Positions 25,859-37,400 of a stretch of DNA of 64,000 nucleotides are shown here, piece by piece; positions within the stretch are counted from its first letter, which is position 1, and the number at the start of each line of letters is the position of its first letter. The stretch is from the NCBI GenBank assembly GCA_964016885.1, contig CAXHJY010000001.1, positions 682,001 to 746,000 on the forward strand, written 5' to 3'. This DNA comes from Eledone cirrhosa (taxonomy: Eukaryota). The position numbers and the translations under genes are program-made. Under the pieces are notes generated by a model. That model searched no databases, had not been told where the DNA came from, and worked only from the letters and a program-made list of their open reading frames with translations.

Positions 25859-25992
25859 CGTACATATATATATGTGTGCATGTATGTATATATATATACA
25901 TACTACTGTACGCCTGTATACATATATGTATGTACGTATACATACTTATATTTAAGTAACAGCCGCACTAAGAGTGAGAAATATATATATAT

Positions 25993-28156
25993 ATGAAGGT
26001 AGCTTGGAAGTGTCACTATGAAAGGCTACTAAATGAGGAGAATAAATGGGAGAAAGACAGTCTCCCCCATATCGACCCAATAGAGGGACCAGCAGTGTTA
26101 GTCGAGGGGAGTATAATAAGTAAGGCAATCAAGGATATGAAGACGGGTAAGGCGGCTGGGCCTTCGGAAATAGTTGCTGAGATGCTGAAGGCATCTGGCA
26201 CGGTGGGACACACCATGGTCACCTGCATAGTTAACCAAGTCGTACAGAATGGGGTTGTTCCGAAGGACTGGCATAGCAGCATCATCGTTAACTGTTATAA
26301 GGATAAAGGAGACGCCCTAGATAGGAGTAACTATAGAGGCATTAAATTAATCGACCAGGTCATGAAGGTCACGGAAAAAGTAATAGCGCAACTAATCAGA
26401 GAGAGAATTGACCTAGATGAAATGCAGTTCGGGTTTGTGTCAGGCAAAGGTACTACAGACGCTCTTTTCATAGTACGACAACTACAGGAGAAGTACCTAG
26501 CTAAAGGTAAACCGCTCTACTTAGCTTTTGTCGACTTGGAGAAAGCCTTCGACAGAGTCCTCCGCTCCATTATCTGGTGGGCTCTTAGAAAACTAGGCGT
26601 TGACGAATGGCTTGTGAGGGCTATACAAGCCATGTATAAAGAAACAGTCAGCAAGGTTAGAATTAACAACGAATATAGTGAAGAGTTTAGCGTAAAAGTT
26701 GGCGTCCATCAGGGCTCTGTTCTCAGCCCCCTACTATTTATTATTGCCCTTCAGGCTATAACAGAGGAGTTCAAGACAGGCTGCCCATGGGAACTCCTAT
26801 ACGCAGACGACCTGACACTCATAGCGGAATCAATGGCCGAGCTAGAGAAGAAATTCCAAACATGGAAGCACGGCCTAGAGTCAAAAGGACTTAAAATTAA
26901 CCTGGCTAAGACCAAAGTTCTAGTTTGTAGGAAAGAAAACAAGGCGGCAGTCCCTTCTGGGAAATGGTCGTGCTCGGTGTGTAGGAAAGGCGTAGGTAGA
27001 AACTCCATTTTATGTCCTAAATGCAAAGTATGGGTGCATAAAAGATGTAGTGGGATCACAGGTAAGCTAACTAAGAACATAGATTTTACATGTGGCCGGT
27101 GTTCTGGTGCAATAAGTAGCAGCAAGTGCCCACAAAATACTAGCTCTTTCAATTGCGCAGAGGGTTCTATAGAAATAGTGGACAGCTTCCGTTACCTGGG
27201 CGATAAAATCAGCAGTGGGGGAGGGTGCTCTGAAAGTACTGTAGCTAGAGTCAGAACTGGTTGGAAAAAGTTCAGAGAGCTTATACCACTATTAGCTGCT
27301 AAAGGGTTCTCCCTAAAAATGAAAGGCAGGTTGTACGATGCCTGCATACGAACAGCAATGTTGCATGGCAGTGAGACCTGGGCATTGTGTGCAGAGGATA
27401 TACGCAGACTAGAGAGGAACGAAGCTTGCATGCTCCGCTGGATGTGTAACAGTAATATACGTGAACGGCAAAGCATAAACGAACTAAGGAAAAAATTAGA
27501 GATAAGAGGGATCAGATGTTGTTTACTCGAGAGAAGGCTACGTTGGTATGGACACGTGATGCGCATGAAAGTCGATAGCTGTATAACAAAGTGCAGGGCA
27601 ATAAAGATAGACGGTAGTCACGGAATAGGCAGACCTAGAAAAACCTGGGACGAGCTGATAAACTCCGACATCACACACTTACACCTCTCCAAGACAATGT
27701 CACTGGACCGAGACCTTTGGCGGTACTCAGTAACAGAGAAGACCCGCCTTACCTAAATATATAGTAAAACCTACTCCAGCCAGTAGGCATCTCTAACAAA
27801 ATACACCCCGTCCCACCCCCACCACCCCCACCCCATCCACACCACCCCGTTCTATGTAAAGTTATGTTGGTGCCACGCCATCCAGGCCGAAACAAATGAG
27901 ATCGTGTAGGTGTCACGACAAAAAAACACACAGTCCACGCTGTAATGTGGCCGTGTAGGCAACACGGTAAAAACCTCCCAGACCCACACTGTAAATGTGG
28001 TTGGTGTTAGGAAGGGCATCCAACTGTAGAAAACCTGCCAGACAGTCCTATGCGAGCAAGACAATCACTCTTGCCTCAAGTGGGACTACCCCCGTCCAAA
28101 CCCATGCAAGCGTGGAACACGGACGTTAAACGTTGATGATGATGATGATGATGATA
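25993..28156 (+). mobile_element. 5'-truncated RTE-clade LINE with open RT ORF
   Basis: 587-aa ORF 25993-27756 with YADD and a PHD-like insert; 3' UTR ends (GAT)n then (TA)n. Confidence 0.93.
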
Positions 28157-28178
28157 TATATATATATATATATATATA

Positions 28179-28368
28179 GGGGCGGTGAATTGGCAGTATC
28201 GGTAGAGGGTCGGACGCCATGCTTTCCAGCATAGTTATGTCCCTTTACGGCCTGAGTTCAAATCCCGTCAAGGTTAACTTTGCCTTTCATCCTTAGCGGG
28301 TCGATAAAATAAAGTACCAGTAATGAACTGTGTAATTGCTGGCCTTGTGCCAAAAGTAGAAACAATTA
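28179..28368 (+). mobile_element. tRNA-derived SINE (family with ~12 copies in the window)
   Basis: GGCGGTGAATTGGCAGTATCGG...GAGTTCAAATCC...GCCTTTCATCCTT..GGGTCGATAAAATAAAGTACCAG; other copies at ~30470-31365, 33280-33440, 39570-39790, 46060-46440 and 48322-48717. Confidence 0.8.
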
Positions 28369-28403
28369 TATATATATTATATATTTATTATATATATATA
28401 TTA

Positions 28404-29725
28404 CTAGCTGGCCTTTCCGGCTGGTGCCTGGCTAAGTATACCGGCATTTTATCTTTTCAGGAAAGATACCGCATACCCTCTCAAGTAAGCGAGGGGTTGG
28501 GGGTTAATGTGCTCTGGTGTTGGGTTTCAATAGTTTTTAAGATTCCCCACTTCAGCAGCCAGTACGTTAAAGAAAATTGATAGTTACAACAATAAAGGCT
28601 GAACAGAGAACACATTTTTTAACAAACAATAATTTGTACAACCATAATGGAAATTCTAATTAACAGAAAATATTTAAATTACATTGTTAGAGCCTCAGAG
28701 TATAAAATATTTTTTGTTCAGCCCTCCGGAGCAAAGATTGTTTGGTAAGCTAACCCTAGAGCATCCTACATACAATTGACCATGGGAGAATCACTGATTT
28801 CGTAGCTCGTCTCGCAGAGAAGCTCTGTAGACGTTGACCTCTGGACACTCCTGTCAGGAGCAGGTAAGCTGTAGTGGCCTAGAGGCCGACCACCATTCTC
28901 CAGGACTCTGTTTTCAAGACAAATGAGCGCCTCATTGAAAACGACATTGTATGTTAGGTTTGGATTGTGTCTGCGTGTGCGGTGGAGGATATCCTCAGCT
29001 AGACTTTCGCAGTGGTTGTTCCACAGTGCGAGAGGGTCGGCGATATCGCAGTTGTGCAGCATAATAGCAAAAGGTTTTCGCAGCTGAGAAGGGACTTTAG
29101 CTATTTAGCAGGGTGAGGTGTCAATGGCTGTCATCATGTAACATACCACGCATCTGGCAAGCCTAACAGTAAGTGGAACATTGATGGCCATTGATGGTTC
29201 TCAGATCTTGGAAAGACTGTGGTCCTCTAACCTCGAACAGTAACAATGACGATAAGCCGTCTGTGCTTTCATGAAATAAATAGGTTTTTGTTTTTGTGTA
29301 TGCAAAAATATCTGTACACGAATATATATATTAAAATAACAGATTAAAGTTTAAGCAAAGAATCGCTGCTTTCACCCTTAACGGGATCTTCTGAAACTAA
29401 AAATATCAGTCTGTGAACGCAGAAGTAAATATTTCGAAAAACGTTATCTAATGCAGACAGCCAGACATACAGACTAAGAAAAAGAGGGGAATGTTGTGTG
29501 ACGTCATAAGAAAAGTGAGGAATGACGTATAACCGGAAGTGTTGATGTTTGAAATTTTAAAGAAGTGAATATTTAAATAATGTCTTTAATCATTCAGTAG
29601 ACAAAAATACCCTCACTTTTTTACTTGGAAAAAGTTACATCTATGGAGCAAATTTGGTGCTGTTTGGTCTAGCCGTTTGGCGGAAAGTTTGTACCTACAT
29701 ACGGCCATCAGCTTTATAGTATAGA
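28404..29725 (-). mobile_element. Internally deleted Helitron
   Basis: Minus strand 5' A|TCTATACTATA and 3' GC-rich subterminal segment then CTAG|T; RepHel remnants (VRGPQSFQDL; DPLALWNNHCESLAEDIL; KNILYSEAL). Confidence 0.82.
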
Positions 29726-29915
29726 TATATATATATTATATATCTATTATATATATATATTATATATATATTATATATGTATATTATATATATATATATT
29801 ATATATATATATTATATATATATTATATATGTATATTATATATATATATATAATATATATATATTATATATGTATATTATATATATATATTATATATATA
29901 TTATATATGTATATT
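29726..29915. repeat. Degenerate (TA)n microsatellite
   Basis: Direct reading. Confidence 0.9.
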
Positions 29916-30094
29916 ACGGTAAAAACCTCCCAGTCCCACACTGTAAATGTGGTTGGTATTAGGAAGGGCATCCAACTGTAGAAAACCTGCCAGACAGTCC
30001 TATGCGAGCAAGACAATCACTCTTGCCTCAAGTGGGAATACCCCCGTCCAAACCCATGCAAGCGTGGAACACGGACGTTAAACGTTGATGATGA

Positions 30095-30097
<3 letters not shown>
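29916..30097 (+). mobile_element. RTE 3' UTR copy
   Basis: Nearly identical to 27964-28150. Confidence 0.85.
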
Positions 30098-30147
<50 letters not shown>

Positions 30148-30162
30148 CACTTCTCATTTCAG

Positions 30163-30312
30163 AGACAGTTTTGGTATTTTTTGACAAATCTAAGGAACCC
30201 TTTTGTAAATCAATATGTACAACCAGACCTTTGAGCTGTTCAGGGGATGTAAACGCTTGGTCTATTTCTATAAAAGGAGAGGGTACCTGTATCAAAACAT
30301 TATCATTATCAG
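30163..30312 (+). CDS. Exon (150 bp, phase 1-1) of the EGF/lectin gene
   Basis: TTCTCATTTCAG acceptor, open frame TVLVFFDKSKEPFCKSICTT...CIKTLSLS, G|GTCTGT donor; joins in frame to the next exon. Confidence 0.6.
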
Positions 30313-30804
30313 GTCTGTTGATCTTTATTCATTCAAACTTTAGTTGTTAATCTCTACAAACTGTGACTGTTAACCCTTTAGCATTTAAAGCGACTGTATC
30401 TGGCCAGAATTCTCTCACCTCTTTCTGTTCAAACTGGCTGTAACCAGCCGTTCATATTAATGTTAAGATAATTGTTTCTACTTTGGGCACAAGGCCAGCA
30501 ATTACCCAGTGCATTACTCAGATCGTAAAGGGCCGTAACTCTATGCTGGAAAGCATGGCGTCCGACCCTCCACTGATACTGCCAACCCACCGCCCTTATT
30601 AATGTTAAGATAATGTTCTCAAAATAGATAATATCAAAATCTAATATATTCAATATTATGTTTCTACTTTTGGGGGCACAAGGCCAGCAATTACCCTAGT
30701 GTATTACTGGTACTTTATTTTATCGACCCCGTAAGGATGAATGGTAAAGTTATCCTCGACGGGATTTGAACTCAGACCATAATATTAGGTGAGATAATTA
30801 TGTG

Positions 30805-31365
30805 AGACTGGCAGTAATTGGTAGAGTGTCAGACATCATGTTTACGGCCCTTTATGTTCTGAGTTGAAATCCCGCCGAGGTTAACTTTGCCTTTCATCCT
30901 TACAGGGGTCGATAAAATAAAGTACCAGTAATGCACTGGGGGTAATTGCTGGATTGGACTGGCAGTAATCCGTAGAGCATCAGACACCATGTTTTGCAGC
31001 ATAGAATTATGGCCCTTTACGTTCTGAGTTCAAATCCTGCTGAAGTTAGCTTTGCCTTTCATTCTTACGGAGGTCGATAAAATAAAGTACCAGTAATGCA
31101 CTGGGGGTAATTGCTGGCTGGCCTTGTGCCAAAAGTAGAAACAATTATTATTATTGGATTGGCAGTAATCCGTAGAGTGTCAGACACCATGCTTTGCAGC
31201 ATAGAGTTATGGACCTTTACGTTCTGATTTCAAACCCGCCAAGGTTTGCCTTTCATTCTTATGGGGGGGTCAATAAAATAAAGTTCCAGTAATGCACTGA
31301 GGTAATTCAGCAATTACCCCTGTGTATTACTGGTACCTTGTGCCAAATAGTAGAAACAATTAACT
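30805..31365 (+). mobile_element. Three tandem tRNA-SINE copies
   Basis: Three head-to-tail copies of the 28179 family. Confidence 0.8.
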
Positions 31366-31429
31366 GTAGATGAGAGAGAACTGTGGAAATGTAGTCCATC
31401 AGTGTGATAAATTCTAACTTTTAACATAG

Positions 31430-31573
31430 GTTGTGCATCTCAATGGTATGGATATACTTGTAACAAGCAATGCCATTGTTTAAACGATGCTGACTGCCAT
31501 CAACAAACTGGGGCTTGCCCATATGGCTGTGAAGAAGGATGGACTGGACCGGATTGCCAAGTAAAAACCTATA
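31430..31573 (+). CDS. EGF-like exon (144 bp, phase 1-1), MEGF/Draper-like module
   Basis: AG|...CASQWYGYTCNKQCHCLNDADCHQQTGACPYGCEEGWTGPDCQVKTY...|GTAAGT. Confidence 0.9.
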
Positions 31574-32204
31574 GTAAGTAGATTTCTAATTATCATGCCG
31601 TTGTTGTTGCTGTCACTGTTGAGGCCGAGGTTGCTATATCATCATCATCATCATCATCGTTTACATCTATCTTCCATGCTAGCATGGGTTAGTCGGGAGT
31701 TGTCCCAATTGAGGCAAGATTGGTCGGGTGACCGTGTCTCGTTCGTATAGGACTATACTGTCTCAAGCCTGAAGGCTCATTAGGCCAATGCTTATCCTGG
31801 TTTCATGGCATAAAGCGACTGTGAGTACAAGACTTCCTCCTGGACAGGACATCAGTCCATTGCAGGGTTACACCCTCCACAGCTATTGCTGGTGCTCATT
31901 TTCAGCAGAGTATACTGGAGCAACGTGAAATGAAGTGTTTTGCTCAAGAACACAACACACAACCCACTCCAGAAATCGAACCCATGACGTTATGATTGTA
32001 AGTCCAACACACTTAACACTAGGCCACATGCCTCTACTGGAAATATGGAATAATTTAGAGATAACGTAAAAGATATTTCAAAAGTTTAGTATATAGAAAA
32101 CCATTTGTCTTTTCCCACTGGATCAATCATCATTTCAACTGACTGAGATCCATTTCATTTCATAGTAATTGACTTTCATTAAATTTTCTTTCATTCTTTG
32201 TCAG

Positions 32205-32462
32205 GAAATATAGCTATTGGTGAAGTAGCTACACAAACCACGACAGACAAAACAAGCAGTGTAATTCTAATGAAAAACAATGTTTGTCGCAATGAAATGT
32301 ACTCAATGTCAGCTAACCTGGCTGTAGATGGTAACTTCGATCAAAACCCACAACACAGATCTTGTTCTCATACAATGAGCTCTCCAACATCATTGTGGAC
32401 TCTTGAACTCAGACAAACATACGATATTTCCCAACTAAGGATATATTATAACTATATTGATA
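32205..32462 (+). CDS. Exon (258 bp): N-half of F-type lectin/fucolectin-like domain
   Basis: CAG|..NIAIGEVATQTT...ANLAVDGN...SCSHT...WTLEL...RIYYNYID|GTAAGT. Confidence 0.85.
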
Positions 32463-32541
32463 GTAAGTTGGTTTTTTTGTTTGTTTGGAAAAATGTTGTC
32501 TTCTTGCCTGTTACACTTTACAATTTCACTTCCCTCTAGAA

Positions 32542-33721
32542 CAGAGGTTCTCAAAGTGGGTGCTACTGCCCCAAGAGGGGTGCTGGGGCTTAAGGATGGG
32601 GGTGGAGAGGATATAATAGTATATCAAATATCAAATGATAAATTTTATATATAAATATAGTAAAATAAAAAAAGTATATGATATTTATTGATACATAGTA
32701 TATATTATATAGTGGATAGAAATGAAGCAAGTATATGCTGTTGCATGTGTGATGTCAATGTGTGTGAACGACAAAGTATAGACGAGTTGAGAGAGAAACT
32801 GTGTATAAGAGGGATAAGTTGTAGTGTGTGGGAGAGAAGACTGTGTTGGTATGGACATGTGATGCGCATGGTGGATGACAGCTGGGTAAAGAACTGCCAA
32901 GAAATCACAGTAGAAGGAAGACACAGTAGAGGAAGATCACGAAAAACATGGGCAGAGGTAGTGAGAGCAGACCTCAGATCACTGAAGCTCATGGAGGAGA
33001 TGACAAGGAACCGTGACAAATGGAGAGATGCTGTGTTTAATAAGACCTGTCCCACCCTTACAAGCAGGGAAAAGCGGATGTAAAATGATGATAATGATGA
33101 TGATAGTGAAGGCTGAGTGATTAGAGAATCGGATTTGCAATCGTGAGGTTGTGAGGTTGTTCTTTCTACCTGGAGTTGCAACTGATAGATAGTATTAGCA
33201 ATTGGAAAGACCAATGGAAGCATTGATTCCGTGGTCCAATTTGATGGAAGTTGATCGACTGTCGATATATTATAGAAGGTAGGACACCATGCTTTGCAGC
33301 ATAGAGTTACGGCCCTTTATTATCTGACTTTAAATCCCTCCTAGGTTAATTTTGCCTTTCACCTTTACTGGGTCGATAAAATACAGTACCAGTAATACAC
33401 TGGAGTAATTGCTGGCCTTGTGCCAAAAGTAGAAAGAATTATTTATTATATATCAACCATTTTATGTATTATATATTATTTACTTTATTTCACGTTGCTC
33501 CTTCGACCTGGAGTTGCGACCGATAGATAGTATTAGCAATTGGAAAGACCAACGGAAACATTGTTTCCTCGGTCCGATTTGACGAAAGTCAATCGTTCCT
33601 TTTTTTTATATTATTTACAATTTGCTTGTAGGTAGGTCTCTCTGGAAATAGGTGTGGTGTTTTAGAGGGTATTACAAGGCCGTGTGGGGGGCGATGGCCC
33701 GAAAAAGTTTGAGAACCTCTG
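32542..33721. mobile_element. hAT (Charlie-like) MITE with nested RTE fragment and SINE
   Basis: Perfect 14-bp TIR CAGAGGTTCTCAAA; TSD CTCTAGAA/TTCTAGAA; RTE piece at ~32710-33105. Confidence 0.8.
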
Positions 33722-33958
33722 TTCTAGAATGTCACCATTTACTAAAGACATTTATTTATAATTGGCATGAAACACACATGTTCCTAATTGTTTAACTGTT
33801 TGGATACCAAACTGTCTGAATCAACTCTACCCCTTGAACTTGAACTGGCACTGTCGGTTACAACAATGAGTGTTCCAGTTGACACTATTGCTGGAACAGC
33901 CTGCTCATGAAATTAACGTGCAAGTGGCTGAGTATTCCACAGACATGCATACCCTTAA

Positions 33959-34179
33959 CCCTTTAGCATTTACATTACTCCATATCTAATATTACATTTT
34001 TGTGGTAAAGACTTTATCTTACATAATTATCTCACATAATATCAAATCTATGAGATTTTGATATTATATATTTTGAGAACAATACCTTCACATAAGTATG
34101 AGCAGCCTGTTATGGCTGGTTTGAACAGAAAGAAGTGAGAGAATTCTGGCCGGATATGGCCAGTTTAAATGCTAAAGGG
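33959..34179 (+). mobile_element. piggyBac-like MITE monomer inserted into a SINE
   Basis: TTAA|CCCTTTAGCATTTA...TAAATGCTAAAGGG|TTAA. Confidence 0.88.
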
Positions 34180-34471
34180 TTAACATAGCTCTCAGGGAGA
34201 TTCAGCATGACACAGAGTGTGACAAGGCTGACCCTTTGAATTACAGGTACAACTCATTTTTGCCAGCTGAGTGAACTGGAACAATATGAAATAAAGTGTC
34301 TTGCTCAAGGACACAACACTCCACTGGTAAACAAACTCATGACCTTACGATTGTGAGGCGAATACTCTAAACACAGAGCCACGCATCTTAGTTTATGATA
34401 AAATGTTTATAACTATCTTAAAACCTTCTATCCTAACTTTATGTAAGAACATTTGTTAAGTTATGTTTTAA

Positions 34472-37400
34472 CTCTTTAGCATTTACATTACTCTATATAT
34501 ACTATTGTATTTTCACAGTAAAGGCGTTACCTCACATAATATCTCACGTAACATTTACATTACTCTATATATACTATTGTATTTTCACAGTAAAGGCTTT
34601 ACCTCACATAATATCTCACGTAACATTTACATTACTCTATATATACTATTGTATTTTCACAGTAAAGGCTTTACCTCACATAATATCTCACATAGCTTTT
34701 ACATTACTCTATATATACTATTGTATTTTCACAGTAAAGGCTTTACCTCACATAATATCTCACATAACATTTACATTACTCTATATATACTATTGTATTT
34801 TCACAGTAAAGGCTTTACCTCACATAATATCTCACATAACATCTCGTATACGAGAGACGTGTGTTGACGTGTGTGAACAAGCTCGGCTACCGAGTTGGAT
34901 TTACTTACTCAAAAGTGAGTTTTGATTAATTTTTTTATACTGTAATATACGTTAACCCCTTGCCTTGGTCGTCAAACTTTGAGTTTATTTATTTTCGCCC
35001 CTTTTTGGGGCGAATTTTCCTTTTAAAAATTTATTACGGCAAACTGATAGAAATGGACGGAATTTTCACATCTCATCCTAACAAGAAAGCCACGCCCCCT
35101 AAGAAAGGTGATACAGAGAATCTAGAAGCACAAGGCTCTAAGTCTTCCCTCCTCACTTCTGATAAAGAAACATGGAACACGGAATTAAAAGAAAAATTTG
35201 TAAAAATGGGTGAAAACCCAGAAAGTCACATAAACGCAGACAAAAACAACAATGACAATAACAGCATGATCAACAACAGCAATAGTCACAACACCAACCA
35301 AGGAAAAAATAACGATAACACCAAACAAAGCGAACCCACTACTGGTGCCTCCTTTGCACAGGCGGTCCGGAAAACACAGACCTGCAAGCAACTGGACATT
35401 ACAACTCTGAGAGAAAAGATGAAGGAAGCAAAACAGTATGTAACTTTCAAAGAAGGAGGAGACTTCACAATCACCTCCCCACAAGAAATCAAAAGAGACA
35501 CGACACTAAGAACGATATCTTTCAGAACAATTTCCAACATAACAAGGAAACCAGCTCAATTATCCCAAAAGAAATTGAGCTGGTCCTAAAAAGTGTGTGG
35601 AGTGATATATCGTTCATACAAAAAGGGCCACTCTATGGGAATATAACGGTGCTAATGAAGGATCAATTGACGGCCAGGAAATACTCTGTGTCGCCAATTG
35701 TTTCCAAGCTACACACATTTTTCCCCACATATTTGTGGAAAAGAACGCAGAAAATAAGAGTCTCCGGAATCCGGCCAAATTAATGCATTTCCTGGGTACT
35801 AACAGGATTTTTAGAAGACGAGGACGGAATCCTTTCAGTAGGAGAAGTCACCACAGACGTTTTCTGCGGTTTGAGCGTGGAGGTTCTGGTCCAAATGAGA
35901 CCAGAACGAATAGCTAGAATACCACAGAGGGTGTCCCTCGATGGAGAAACATTTATATACATTTCAGCCCAGGGTAGGAGGCCCATATGTTACTACTGTT
36001 CAAGCAGGGGTCATCTAAGGGCTGCCTGCCCTCAATTGACAAAAAAAAGGCTCTTTTGCCTACACCCCACACACTACCACCGCCACCACCACCACTACCA
36101 CCACCACAACAACAACAAAAAACAACACGGAAAAATAACACAAGACACGGCCCCACCCAAAACAACTCCAAAAACACACACAAACACAACAAAACCCCAA
36201 AATACACCACTACCCGACAGCACGGACGAGGACCCAGCTGAAATAGCACCTAGTGACGAAGAGGGGGGGACCCTTCCAACCTGTAAAAAGGAAAAAAAGA
36301 AAGCACCACTCGAACATAAATGAAAGAAACACACAACCACCAACAAAAACAAAACAAACAGAACAAACAAGATCCGCCCCGCCCCAAAACATAACACATA
36401 CAACAAAACGCAAGCACACACAAGAACAACAAACAAACACAACACAAATAAAACAGTATACATACATTAACACAAATAACAGAGAACTAGTAAAAACAAT
36501 ACACAAAGACCCTTCGGTGGAAACTGAAGGGCAATTCTTTGCAAGCGCGGCCAACAAACCGCATTTAAAAATGATAAGACTCCCAATGGACACCTATGCA
36601 AAACTAAGAGAGAACTTTCCTGAGGACGTGGGGAAAACATGTACTCGACCCTATAACCGCGTCCTCTTGAAACGTTTCCCCACCCACACCTCACCAAACA
36701 CCCCCACCCCACCCCACCACAAAACAACACCCCACCAAACAATCCCTCCAATACGCCCATGGATATTGTGCAACCTGCTCCTCAGGAGCCGAACAGGTAG
36801 GTCCTTCCTCTTTTAACCAACATGGCTGATATAAGAGTTGGGTGTCTGAATGTACGCGGCCTGGGACTGTCTTGAAAACAAGGCAAACTTTTAAACGATC
36901 TCAGGTCGCATAGAATGGATGTAATGGCTATTTGCGAGTCCAGGATCAGCAGCGAGCGCCAACTGGCGCCCCTCTTCGACGACTTTGAGATCTTCGCATC
37001 TCTCTGTCAACCGGGGGGTGGGGGTGGAGTTGTCGTTCTGCTGCGAAAATACCTGAGCCTCACCATACAGAAGGTGCACCTGGACCCGGAGGGTCGACTG
37101 GTGGTTTTAGAAGTCGGCAGTAGTGAAAGTGGAGCCCTTAGACTAATTGCTGCGTACGCCCCTTTTTGGGCAGTGCGGCCGGAATACTTCCAACATCTGG
37201 AAACTTTTCTGGGAACGTCCAGCTCCTTGCTTTTAGTGGGGGACTGGAATGGTATCCTGGATGCACGTTGGGACTATGTAGGGGCATGTGCCAATACAGA
37301 GGGGTGTAAAAGCCTCAAACGGTTAATTGGCCGATTTGACCTGGCCGATAGACATCGACTAGATTTTCCGACTGTACCACTATGGACGTGGACCAATCGC

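Noticed and set aside
30017-30295. Minus-strand 92-aa ORF
   Set aside because: Antisense shadow of the + strand exon 30163-30312, running into (TA)n.
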